DNA from: Candidatus Krumholzibacteriia bacterium
GTDB taxonomy: Bacteria; Krumholzibacteriota; Krumholzibacteriia; LZORAL124-64-63
Length of the DNA stretch: 64,000 bases
Reading direction: 5' to 3'
NCBI GenBank assembly: GCA_024762975.1
Contig: JANTGJ010000004.1
Location: 2,002-66,001, forward strand
Below the pieces are notes generated by a model that ran no database searches, was not told the origin of the DNA, and was given only the letters and a program-made list of their open reading frames with translations. The position numbers and the translations under genes are program-made. This document shows positions 9,703 through 18,790 of the stretch, piece by piece (the first letter of the stretch is position 1; every line of letters begins with the position of its first letter).

Positions 9703-9968
9703 GTGTGCGCCTCACCTGGTGAAGCGCTCCCTGGAATCACCTGCCGGTGGAGTTCCGGCGATCGACCAGGAGAACCCGCTGAATGATATGATCGAGCCAG
9801 TCTCGTCGTCAGTAACATGGCACGCGCCGCGGGCACTGACGGCCCTGGCCGTCCTGAGCGTTGGTGGGCGGATCGCCCTTCTGGCGCAGATAACACAAAG
9901 CGGATACCTTGAGAGCGAGCCGGCATTCCGCCGGCTCGTTTTCGCAGGCAGAAGGACGGAACGGTAGA

Positions 9969-10601
9969 ATGGGCAACTGGATCGAAATCCTGGGCTATGT
10001 GGCGTCGGTGCTGGTCGCGGTGTCGCTGATGATGAAATCACTGGCGCGGCTGCGGTTCCTGAATCTCATCGGCGCGAGCGCTTTCGCGTTGTACGGTCTC
10101 CTGGCCGGCGCGTATCCGGTGTTGGCCGTGAATGGATTCATCGCCATCGTGAACATCGTGTTTCTGGCCAAGATGCAGCCTGGCCGCAGCGAAGCCTTTG
10201 AACTACTGGCCATCGATCGTGCCGACAGTCCCTACCTGCGCCGTTTTCTCGATTTCCACGCTGACGACATCCACCACTTCTTTCCTGATTTCGACCTCGA
10301 TATGATCGATCGACCGCAGATCGCCTTCATTCTGCGGGATATGCTGCCGGTCGGCCTCGTGATTTGCGAAGCGACCGAAGGGGACACACTGAAGGTTCGC
10401 CTGGACTATGTCATCCCGTCTCATCGGGATTTCCGCTGTGCCCAGTATTTCTACCGTGCCTGGTCCGAGGTGATGAGTTGCACGGGCGTGTGCCGATTCG
10501 TCGCTCGCGGAGGCGTTGACAAGCATCGTAAGTACCTGAAACGCATTGGGTTCGAGCCCGACTCCGCGCTGGGCACCGATTGGTTTGCACGGCCTGCCTG
10601 A
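9969..10601 (+). CDS. membrane protein (YgjV-like N-terminal TM region) with C-terminal soluble GNAT-like domain
   Basis: MGNWIEILGYVASVLVAVSLMM... gives three predicted TM helices, then about 140 aa ending in ...HRKYLKRIGFEP. The family assignment is weak. Confidence 0.55.
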   Translation: MGNWIEILGYVASVLVAVSLMMKSLARLRFLNLIGASAFALYGLLAGAYPVLAVNGFIAIVNIVFLAKMQPGRSEAFELLAIDRADSPYLRRFLDFHADDIHHFFPDFDLDMIDRPQIAFILRDMLPVGLVICEATEGDTLKVRLDYVIPSHRDFRCAQYFYRAWSEVMSCTGVCRFVARGGVDKHRKYLKRIGFEPDSALGTDWFARPA

Positions 10602-10743
10602 GCATCGAAAAAACTTCCATTTTATATGTGACTAAGTTCCACCGGTTTTGTCTGTAGGGGTGACGTGGTTCGGGCGATGCTCGCTATTTGCCCGCCAACG
10701 AGACAGAACCAATGTGTAGTGCCATTCCGATGGAGGTAGAAGA

Positions 10744-11883
10744 ATGACCCCTCAGATTCAACCGAAGACTGCGCTTTTCGCGCTGCTGATCGTTGCGACC
10801 GGTGTCCTGGCCGGTTGCAGCGGACAGAACGTAGGCCTGAATGTCGAGGAAGAGATCGAGATGCGTGACCAGCGGATCAGTGAGCTGGAGCAGGCTGCCC
10901 ACGCGCAGCAGGCCGAGCTGGAGCAGAGCCGCCGCGCTGCCGAGTCCGCCGCCGAGCGTGCCCGTCTGGCCGAAATCCAGGCCAACCGCGAAATCGGAAA
11001 TATCGATCCCGAGACCGAACTGCTGCCGATGAACGCCTCGGCCGGGGAGTGCTATGCCCGCGTGCTGATTCCGCCCGTCTACGAGTCGACCAGTGAGCGG
11101 GTCATGGTGAAGGAGGCGTCGTCCAGCATCGAGGTCGTTCCCGCCGAGTACGAGTGGACCGAGGAGAGCGTCCTGGTGAAGGAGGCCGGTGAAAAGCTGG
11201 TCGTGGTCCCGGCGACCCACAAAACGGTCCAGGAGCAGGTCCTGGTCAAGGGCGAGTCGACCCGCATGGTCGAAGTCCCGGCCGTCTACGAGACCGAAAC
11301 CGAGGAGATCCTGGTCACCCCGGCGCGCGAATATTGGAAGAGAGGGCGCGGCCCGGTCGAGAAGGTCGATGGAGCAACCGGCGAAATCATGTGCCTGGTC
11401 AAGGAGCCGGCCGTCTACAAGACCGTTACCAAGCGGGTTCTGAAGTCCGAAGCGACCACCCGCGAGGAGACCATCCCGGCCGAGTACAAGACCATCACCC
11501 GCACGGTCATCGATCAGCCGGCCCATACCCGAACCGAGATCATCCCGGCCGCGTACGAGACCGTGAAGGTTCGCAAGCTGGTCAATGGCCCGCGTGAGAT
11601 TCGCACGCCGATCGAGGCCGAGTACCGGACAGTGACCAAGACCGTCATGTCCGAACCCAGCTACATGGAGTGGCGTCAGATCCTCTGCGAGACCAACATG
11701 ACACACGGTGCGGTGCTGGAGATCCAGAAGGCCCTGAAGTCCCGGAACTACAACCCCGGCGTGCTGGATGGAATCTACGGCAAGGACACGATGGCTGCCG
11801 TGAACAAGTTCCAGGAGGACAACGGTTTGGCTCGCGGTCAGTTGACCTACGAGACGATCGATGCCCTGGGGCTGCAGTTCTAG
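10744..11883 (+). CDS. lipoprotein with coiled-coil, tandem PAxYxT repeats and C-terminal peptidoglycan-binding domain
   Basis: Lipobox VLAGC. Repeated (V/I)PA(E/V)Y(E/K)T units. The C-terminus IQKALKSRNYNPGVLDGIYGKDTMAAVNKFQEDNGL matches PG_binding_1. Confidence 0.8.
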   Translation: MTPQIQPKTALFALLIVATGVLAGCSGQNVGLNVEEEIEMRDQRISELEQAAHAQQAELEQSRRAAESAAERARLAEIQANREIGNIDPETELLPMNASAGECYARVLIPPVYESTSERVMVKEASSSIEVVPAEYEWTEESVLVKEAGEKLVVVPATHKTVQEQVLVKGESTRMVEVPAVYETETEEILVTPAREYWKRGRGPVEKVDGATGEIMCLVKEPAVYKTVTKRVLKSEATTREETIPAEYKTITRTVIDQPAHTRTEIIPAAYETVKVRKLVNGPREIRTPIEAEYRTVTKTVMSEPSYMEWRQILCETNMTHGAVLEIQKALKSRNYNPGVLDGIYGKDTMAAVNKFQEDNGLARGQLTYETIDALGLQF

Positions 11884-11959
11884 ATTCGCCGAAGGGGAGT
11901 CCGGACGGGAAAGGCCGGGCAGGGAGAGAAAGTGGCGGTCCCCAGGGGCCGCCCTTTCG

Positions 11960-13006
11960 CTATCCGGCGACCCGGGAGTGCGCTACGTGCGCTTGTGCCT
12001 GAGCCGGAATCGTCAACCGGGAGCGCAATACGAGGGCCCGTCGCAGCAGGTCTTCGCGGCTCCGGCCGGTCGTTTCCCGAAGCAGGTCGATCAGGGCAGC
12101 GCCATCGAGGTTGCCGCCCGCGGCTGTCATCCGGGCCAGCAGGGTCCGCGGCGAGATCGATTCCGACCAGGCCTGGACCAGCAACATGGCCAGGCCGTAT
12201 CGATCCGATTCCAACGGCCAGTCAGGTGTGGCGGTCCGACCCCAGGACCAGATCGTATCCTCGGATCCGGGATGAGCCGGTGGCCGGTCCAGGTGTCGGC
12301 GCGCCAGTCCGCGTCGCCATTCACGCGGCGCTTCGCTCCGGCAAAAATCTTTGGCCCACTTTTCACACAGTCCCTCGATGAACCAACGCGTCCCGACCGG
12401 CGGTTCTCCGTCTCGATCGTGTCGGACGGTGGGTTCGATCTCGAGCAGACCGTGGGTCAGTTCGTGGGGCAGGGTGTCAAACAGGAACTCCGATACATGG
12501 CTCGCTTCCAACAGTCCGGAGTCGACTTCGCGAGACGAGACCAGAGCGACGCGGATCTGATTCCAGCCGCTGTCGTCCGCGACTTCGGTGTGGAAACGAT
12601 AGCACCGAGGACGCTCGGAATACTCCAGGAGATAGAGCAGTACATTGCCGGTCACCGGCCGTCCCGCCCGGGTCTCGAGAAAGCGATAGCAGTACCGTAC
12701 CGTCTCGGCGATCTGTTCCAGTTCACCATGGTGTCCGGGATCCAGATCGGTCCGGATCGAAAGGTGCCGTTCGCGACCCAGGTCGTACTCGTAGCGGGTG
12801 AGCCCGGTCATCTTTGCCGGGTTGATTTCGACCGCTGGCAACACGGTGCCATCGGACCGGTACTGGAAAGCTTCCTGCGTGAACTCGCGCGCGGACGCGG
12901 GCAGGATTCCCAACAGAAGGACGCAAAAGCAGACGAAGGCACTGTTCAACAAGGGGTTGCGCCACTTCGAGCGGCGGAGTTGCGTGGGTTGGTAGGTCCG
13001 GATCAT
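11960..13006 (-). CDS. secreted HExxH-motif protein (putative zinc metallopeptidase-like)
   Basis: N-terminal hydrophobic segment AFVCFCVLLLGILPASA and the motif LPHELTHGLLE. The ATG at 13006 is preferred over the Arg-rich extension to 13069. Confidence 0.55.
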   Translation of the reverse strand: MIRTYQPTQLRRSKWRNPLLNSAFVCFCVLLLGILPASAREFTQEAFQYRSDGTVLPAVEINPAKMTGLTRYEYDLGRERHLSIRTDLDPGHHGELEQIAETVRYCYRFLETRAGRPVTGNVLLYLLEYSERPRCYRFHTEVADDSGWNQIRVALVSSREVDSGLLEASHVSEFLFDTLPHELTHGLLEIEPTVRHDRDGEPPVGTRWFIEGLCEKWAKDFCRSEAPREWRRGLARRHLDRPPAHPGSEDTIWSWGRTATPDWPLESDRYGLAMLLVQAWSESISPRTLLARMTAAGGNLDGAALIDLLRETTGRSREDLLRRALVLRSRLTIPAQAQAHVAHSRVAG

Positions 13007-13170
13007 CGCTACTTGACCTTCGAATGCGGTGGGTCGCTGCCTGCGGGGCCTTCGGGACCTGCGGGGCATCGACGAATCCGAACATCCACCAGCAAGAAGG
13101 TTGCCATGGCGTGGAGGAGATATTTTGTCTTTCGACTCTCAATTTCAGGGAAACATCCGAGCGCGTGCGA

Positions 13171-14556
13171 TCACTCCGACTCGACGACAGCAGGCGGATA
13201 CAAGAGATAGCGATCCGAGACCTGCACCGGCCGAGCTCGACCGGCGGCGACGGCGCTTTTCCAGGCCGGCCAACCGGGCTCACTTGCCCAGCCCGGAGGT
13301 GCGGCCGGGATCAGTACCCGGCGGTCCGCAGGAGGCAGCCATCCGGCCCGGACCTCGGCGCTCCATTCCCGGGCATCCGGCCGGTCGAAGAAGTAGATCA
13401 GGTACTGTTGCACCTCGAAAACGGTGATGATCACGGCGTTGGAGTCAGCAGCGGTGGCAATCGCCTGGGCCTGGACATGGACTGGATCAATGCCCTGTCG
13501 ATTCGGTACAACCGTCACGATCAGATTTACCGTAGCCAGCAGTGCCGCAGCGGCCAGGACCCGGCGTGCGGAGATCCAGTTCGGTCGTGCACGCCAGCCC
13601 AGCATCGCCAATATCCACAACGGGGCCAGAGCGACTACGTACAGGTCCACCTCGGTCGGCAGCCACCAAAGCACGAAGAGCAGATGCAGCGCCAGCCACA
13701 GCGCAGCGAAGCGGGTCTCGCCGGTCAGGCGAGGAGCCCAGCGAATCGCAAGAACGGCGGCAATGGCCAGGGCCAATAACACGGTCGCCGCGGCCGGTCC
13801 GGCGAACCAGGACGGCAGAGGAGCGATCACCGCCCACAAGCCGAAGCCCAGGGCCTTCCACCCCCAGAGGCCCAGGTTTTCCGGCGCACCCCAGGCAGGG
13901 ACCCCGGCCTGGGCATACCGAAATATGAACCCGAGCGGATCGCCGCCGGCCGCGACCAGATAGGCGCCCAGCACCAGGCTTCCGGCACCACCGACGGCGC
14001 GCCACGTTCGCGCCGATCGAGGCCGGACCAACAGCAACGCCGGCGCCATCAGCACGCACATCTGATGAAAGAGTACCGCGCCTGCCAGATACAGCACAGC
14101 CGGCATCAGACGTTCGTCCTCGCTCTGAATCGCGTCCGCCGCCAGCAGGGACAATGCCAGGGCCGGCAGGTAGACCTCCAGCCAGGTCGTGTACAGCAGC
14201 ACGCCCCGCAGCGCGATCAGCATCGCAGTACCCGCCGTCGCGCGCTCGGCAGAGCCCAGGATGCGCCGGGCCAGGTGCCAGGCCGCCACGGATGTAACGA
14301 CGAAGGCGATCAGTTGCAGCAACTGCCCGGCGGTGATCGGATCCAATCCCAGGCCGCGATGCAACAGCCAGGCAACGGGGGAGTACAACAAATGGTGGGG
14401 GTGAAACAGGCCCACACCGGTTTTTACGGACTGGGCATAGTCCAGCCCATCGGGGTGAAAACGGGTCGCCCTCAGCCACCACAGCAATGCGGTGATTGAG
14501 ATCAACCCGAAGACCGGCGCGGCGCCGGGACGGTTTGATGGTTGGCTACGATTCAT
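13171..14556 (-). CDS. polytopic integral membrane protein (GT-C-like, possible glycosyltransferase)
   Basis: More than 10 hydrophobic helices, a conserved-looking loop GVGLFHPHHLLYSP, and a C-terminal soluble tail. No firm family assignment. Confidence 0.5.
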   Translation of the reverse strand: MNRSQPSNRPGAAPVFGLISITALLWWLRATRFHPDGLDYAQSVKTGVGLFHPHHLLYSPVAWLLHRGLGLDPITAGQLLQLIAFVVTSVAAWHLARRILGSAERATAGTAMLIALRGVLLYTTWLEVYLPALALSLLAADAIQSEDERLMPAVLYLAGAVLFHQMCVLMAPALLLVRPRSARTWRAVGGAGSLVLGAYLVAAGGDPLGFIFRYAQAGVPAWGAPENLGLWGWKALGFGLWAVIAPLPSWFAGPAAATVLLALAIAAVLAIRWAPRLTGETRFAALWLALHLLFVLWWLPTEVDLYVVALAPLWILAMLGWRARPNWISARRVLAAAALLATVNLIVTVVPNRQGIDPVHVQAQAIATAADSNAVIITVFEVQQYLIYFFDRPDAREWSAEVRAGWLPPADRRVLIPAAPPGWASEPGWPAWKSAVAAGRARPVQVSDRYLLYPPAVVESE

Positions 14557-14655
14557 GGGTGTGAGTCTAGCGGTGAATCGAGTCGGGAGAAACCTTCGAC
14601 TCGCGCAAAGTGAACTTGCCTTCGCGCGTGGCAACGGTGAAAGTCACGTTGCGCA

Positions 14656-16365
14656 ATGGAAACGAAACGAGGATTCCCGTTGACTGAACCGATCCAGGCC
14701 CAGGCGCTGCAGGCCTACGAACGGGCCGCAGCCCACTATCAATCCGGCCGCCTGGCCGAGGCCCGGGCCGAGGCTCTGGATGCGATACAGCGGGAGCCGA
14801 AGTACGGCTCGGCCCTCCACATGCTGGCCATGGTCGCGCACCGTTCGAATGACCATACTGGTGCCTTCGAGTACAGTTGTCGGGCGCTGTCGTCCGATCC
14901 CGACTCGATCCGCTACCGGAAATCACGGGTCCAGATCCTGATCGCCTCGGGCCGTTACGACGAGGCGCTGTCGATTGTGGATGAAGGGTTCGCGCGTGCT
15001 CCCGATTCCCTGGAACTGCTCGATCTGCGTTCCGAAGTGCAGTTGGCCGCGGGCCGTCCCGCCGAGGCCCTGCGCACGCTGAGCGAGGCCCGCCGACTCG
15101 CGCCCGATCGCTTCGAGGTCCTGCAGCGGATCGGCGAGTCCTTCAGTTCCCTGGGCCGTCGTGATCCGGCACTCGAGGCGTTCGCGGCCGCAGCGGCGGC
15201 TTCGCCCGAGGATGCCCGGCCGCATTTCGGCAGGGGAATCGTACTGCGCAACGAGGGGGCGTACGACCTCGCCGGCGAGTCATTCCGGCGTGCGTACGAG
15301 TTGGACCCGCGGCAGGTGGAGGCCGTGATTCAATGTGCCCGGATCGACAAGGCCCGGCCGGACGATTTCACTTTCGCCGAGTTGGAGAAGCACCTGCAGA
15401 GAGATGATCTGTCGGCGCTCTCCCGCGCGACGGTTCATCTGGCCCTGGGCAAGATCTACGAGGATATCGGTCAGTACGATCGGGCCTTCGATCATTTCGC
15501 CCGTGGCAACGAACAGCGAGCGTTGGCCGATGATCATCCGCCGGCCATCGACCAGATGGCTGTCGCTGTACAGGCCTTTGAACAGACCTGCGATGAGGAG
15601 TTCTTCGCCACCCGGCAGTCAGGCGGACCGGACGCCGAGTTGCCGGTTTTCATCGTGGGTATGCCGCGATCGGGCACGACCCTGATCGAGACCATTCTGG
15701 CCTGCCATCCGCAGGTGTATGGCGCAGGGGAGTTGATCCATGTGCCGGAGATTGCCGGCGGTCTGCTGGGAAAACAACCGCCGCAGAGGTGGGCCGAACT
15801 GCTGGATGGACTGACCCCGCCGGTGGTGCGGCAGGCGGGTGAGTCCTACGGAGCCCACCTGCAATCGCTGGCTCCGGAGGCCCTGCGTATCGTCGACAAA
15901 TTGCCCGAGAACTTTCGCCATCTGTGGCTGATCTCACTGATCTTTCCGGGCGCGCGGATCATCCACGCGAGGCGCGATCCGCTGGATACCTGCCTGTCCT
16001 GTTACGTGACGGATTTCATCTACAGTCACAACTACCGGAATGATCTGGACTCGTTGGGGCGATTCTACCGGTGGTATCAGCGGCTGATGGCGCACTGGAT
16101 GCGGGTCTGTCCGCTGGGATTCCTGGAGGTGGACTACGAGGCGCTGATCGCCGACCAGGAAACGACGAGTCGCCGCCTGATCGAGTTTCTGGATCTTCCG
16201 TGGGATCCGGCCTGCCTCGAGTTCCATAAGAGTCGGCGGTCGGTCCAGACGGCCAGCAATGTCCAGGTCGGACACCAGCTGTACCGGTCATCGATCGGGC
16301 GTTGGCGGCGCTACGAGAAACACCTCGGGCCGTTGATCGATGCCCTGGCGGCAGATCCGGCGTAG
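14656..16365 (+). CDS. TPR-repeat sulfotransferase family protein
   Basis: N-terminal TPRs, then the PAPS-binding 5'-PSB motif IVGMPRSGTTLIE and the downstream RDPLDTCLS block. Confidence 0.85.
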   Translation: METKRGFPLTEPIQAQALQAYERAAAHYQSGRLAEARAEALDAIQREPKYGSALHMLAMVAHRSNDHTGAFEYSCRALSSDPDSIRYRKSRVQILIASGRYDEALSIVDEGFARAPDSLELLDLRSEVQLAAGRPAEALRTLSEARRLAPDRFEVLQRIGESFSSLGRRDPALEAFAAAAAASPEDARPHFGRGIVLRNEGAYDLAGESFRRAYELDPRQVEAVIQCARIDKARPDDFTFAELEKHLQRDDLSALSRATVHLALGKIYEDIGQYDRAFDHFARGNEQRALADDHPPAIDQMAVAVQAFEQTCDEEFFATRQSGGPDAELPVFIVGMPRSGTTLIETILACHPQVYGAGELIHVPEIAGGLLGKQPPQRWAELLDGLTPPVVRQAGESYGAHLQSLAPEALRIVDKLPENFRHLWLISLIFPGARIIHARRDPLDTCLSCYVTDFIYSHNYRNDLDSLGRFYRWYQRLMAHWMRVCPLGFLEVDYEALIADQETTSRRLIEFLDLPWDPACLEFHKSRRSVQTASNVQVGHQLYRSSIGRWRRYEKHLGPLIDALAADPA

Positions 16366-16387
16366 GGACTTCAGTGGCCGGAAAACC

Positions 16388-16415
16388 AAAGCCCCCTGTC
16401 GCGGCAGGGGGCTTT
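16388..16415. terminator. bidirectional terminator hairpin between convergent genes
   Basis: AAAGCCCCCTG (16388-16398) pairs with CAGGGGGCTTT (16405-16415). A- and T-rich flanks are present on both sides. Confidence 0.6.
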
Positions 16416-16437
16416 GTTCTTGGTCGAGGTGAGGAAC

Positions 16438-18498
16438 TCAGTCCTTCTCGAGGGCCCCGATTTCTTCGCTGTAGTCCAACGCCGGCATCGGTCCGTCCGG
16501 TGCGTTGCCGTCCAGCAGGTAGTAGTCGAACCAGCCGATCGTGCGGTGGAGCACATCCTCGCGACCGAATCGTTTGCGGTTCCCGTGGCCTTCGCCCGGG
16601 TAGTAGACCAGTCGCACTGCCGGATGGCCGGCCATCTTCAGGGCCCGGTACAGTTCCTGGCTCTGGCTCGGGTGTACGCGCGGATCGCTGTCGCCGTGCA
16701 ACAGCAACAACGGGGTCTTGCAGTTTCCAGCATGGTAGATCGGACTGCGCTCGCGCATCAGGTCCCACATCTCGCTGACCCGGGCGCCCATGTGGACGTA
16801 CTCATCCTCGAACGGGATGTCCGTCAGATAGCGCTTCGAAACCAGATCGCTGACACCCACGAACCCGACTCCGGCGGCGAAGCGGTCGCTGTAACGCGTC
16901 ACCAGCCAGTTCGTGGCATAACCGCCGTACGAACCCCCCATCACACCCACTCGCTCCGGGTCGGCGATCCCCTCTTTGATCAGGTAGTCGACGCCGTCGA
17001 GAATGTCCTCGAATTCGGCGCCAGCCGGTTGGCCGAACGCGGCGGCGGCGAACTCCAGGCCACGACCGGTGCTGCCGCGGTAGTTCGGGAAGAACACCGC
17101 GTAGCCCCGGGCGCACATCGCCTGGCCGGGACTGGCGTAGCGGCTGATCCAACCATTGCGGTGGTTGGATTCGGGTCCGCCGTGGACATCGACAACCAGC
17201 GGAGCCGGTAGCTGGCCATCCACCGGCAGCATCAGGATCCCCTCGATCTCCAGACCGTCGCGAGCGGCATATCGGATGACCTTCTGCTCTCCCAGCGGCA
17301 CGTCCTTCAGGAAATCGTTGTGGAAGGTCAGACGCTTCGGATCCCCCGCACCCTCGATCACATACAACTCGCGCGGCGTTGTACTGTTGTGGCCGATGAC
17401 GAGCATTTTCTTCTGGCCCGGGCGTGTGGCGGCCATGCCGACCACCAGGTCGTGCTTCTGGCCGTCGAAGAGTAGCTTCCGATCGCCGGCCCGGTTGTTC
17501 AGTGACTGCAGACTGAGCGTCGGATACACATGCTCATCGGCTTGGAACAGCAGGGTCTTGTTGTCACGCCAATCCGCGACGCGGATGTGACCCTCGAAGC
17601 CCTCGGCCGTCAGGTTATGCGGCTGGCCGCCATCGGTCGCGACGACGTACAGGCTGCTGACGGAATGGTCGCTGCGCGAGGCAGCGGCCGTGTAGTACAA
17701 ATTCTTCTCGTCGGGACTGAGACGGAAGTGACCGATCTTACCCGGCAGGTCGACCAGCAGCCTCGACTCGCCCCTGTCCAGGTCGTACAGATAGATGTCC
17801 TGGAACATATAGCGCTGGTCCACCAACGAGTTCGCGCTGGCGCCGTAGGCCAGGTACTTGCCGGTTGGGCCGGGGTGGATATTCCAGACAGCTCCGTCAT
17901 CGACCAGCGTTTCGGCATCGGCAATCGGGACGCCAAAGTCAAAGGCCACACGTTTCAGCAGTCGTTTCTTGAGATTCTCTTCGTAGTAGCGCGGCAGGAA
18001 GCCCTTCTCCTTCAGCGTCTTCTCGTCGGCACAAGGGGCCTGGCTCTCCACGTAGAAGAGGGAGGCGCCGTCATGGCTCCAACTCCAGCTGCTGACTCCG
18101 GTTGTACTCGCGGTGACGGCCAGGGCCTCGCCGCCGTGGGTCGGGATGGCCCAGACCTGGGTCTTGGCGCCTTCACCGCGGGACATCGTAAAGGCGATGT
18201 ACTTTCCATCGGGCGAAAACTTCGGCGAGCCGACCGAGACGCTGCCGGTCACGAACGGACGCGGATCGCCGCCGTCGGTGGAGATGACATAGAGGCGACT
18301 CCAACCGCTGCCGGCTTTTTCATCCAGGGCGCGATTCTCTCGTACGGTATAGGCGGCCCATTTCCCGTCCGGCGATAGATCGGGCGCGCCGACCTGCTGC
18401 AGGTCCAGGACCTGCTTCGGGGTGATGCCGTCGGTACCGGCAATCGAGGGTGGCGCTACGAGGCACAGCAGTACCAGGAACACGGATACGATTCGCAT
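16438..18498 (-). CDS. S9 family serine peptidase (prolyl oligopeptidase/dipeptidyl-peptidase type) with N-terminal beta-propeller
   Basis: Signal peptide MRIVSVFLVLLCLVAPPSIAG. TolB-like propeller repeats (SPDGKW/SPDGKY). Catalytic GGSYGGY, then ...LLLHGDSDPRV and a late His. Confidence 0.9.
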   Translation of the reverse strand: MRIVSVFLVLLCLVAPPSIAGTDGITPKQVLDLQQVGAPDLSPDGKWAAYTVRENRALDEKAGSGWSRLYVISTDGGDPRPFVTGSVSVGSPKFSPDGKYIAFTMSRGEGAKTQVWAIPTHGGEALAVTASTTGVSSWSWSHDGASLFYVESQAPCADEKTLKEKGFLPRYYEENLKKRLLKRVAFDFGVPIADAETLVDDGAVWNIHPGPTGKYLAYGASANSLVDQRYMFQDIYLYDLDRGESRLLVDLPGKIGHFRLSPDEKNLYYTAAASRSDHSVSSLYVVATDGGQPHNLTAEGFEGHIRVADWRDNKTLLFQADEHVYPTLSLQSLNNRAGDRKLLFDGQKHDLVVGMAATRPGQKKMLVIGHNSTTPRELYVIEGAGDPKRLTFHNDFLKDVPLGEQKVIRYAARDGLEIEGILMLPVDGQLPAPLVVDVHGGPESNHRNGWISRYASPGQAMCARGYAVFFPNYRGSTGRGLEFAAAAFGQPAGAEFEDILDGVDYLIKEGIADPERVGVMGGSYGGYATNWLVTRYSDRFAAGVGFVGVSDLVSKRYLTDIPFEDEYVHMGARVSEMWDLMRERSPIYHAGNCKTPLLLLHGDSDPRVHPSQSQELYRALKMAGHPAVRLVYYPGEGHGNRKRFGREDVLHRTIGWFDYYLLDGNAPDGPMPALDYSEEIGALEKD

Positions 18499-18742
18499 GA
18501 GTCGTCCTTGGTTGAAGTCCAACGGTGGCTGAAACAGCGCAAAAGATAGCATGGAATCGGTCGAATAGCCTCCTCCGTGCCACCGGTCGAAGCCCTCGGC
18601 GAGGTGGAATCGACACCGGGCAAACTGGATGGCTTGACAGTTTCTTCCGGAAACTGGGGAATGGGTTCGGATCTGCGGCACGGTCCGATCCGCATCTCAC
18701 TCCTCATCTCAACTATTGCTCCCAACGCGCGATATGGTATAT

Positions 18743-18771
18743 TGACCACGTGGTCAGTGACCGGCTGGTCA
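18743..18771. promoter_or_regulatory. tandem palindromic operator (TGACC-N4-GGTCA x2), probable TetR binding site
   Basis: TGACCACGTGGTCA (18743-18756, a perfect 14-bp palindrome), one G, then TGACCGGCTGGTCA (18758-18771). It lies just upstream of the AAGGAG SD and the TTG start of the TetR gene. Confidence 0.5.
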
Positions 18772-18790
18772 ATCTCGCAAAGGAGCCGAA

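Noticed and set aside
9703-9915. Attempted assignment of the leader region to the TPP or fluoride riboswitch classes, prompted by GAGAACCCGCUGAAUGAUAUGAUCG and GGCGAUCGACC.
   Set aside because: The core invariant segments (CUGAGA...ACCUGAUCUGGAUAAUGCCAGCG for TPP; GGCGAUG...CUGAUGAUGCCUAC for fluoride) are not present. The resemblance is superficial.
9611-9967. Same-frame ORF (9656..9967) after the TAG stop of the DUF4332 gene, considered as possible stop-codon read-through or pyrrolysine recoding.
   Set aside because: The downstream peptide has no coding character or homology. The DUF4332 protein is complete at the TAG, and a terminator hairpin lies inside the putative extension.
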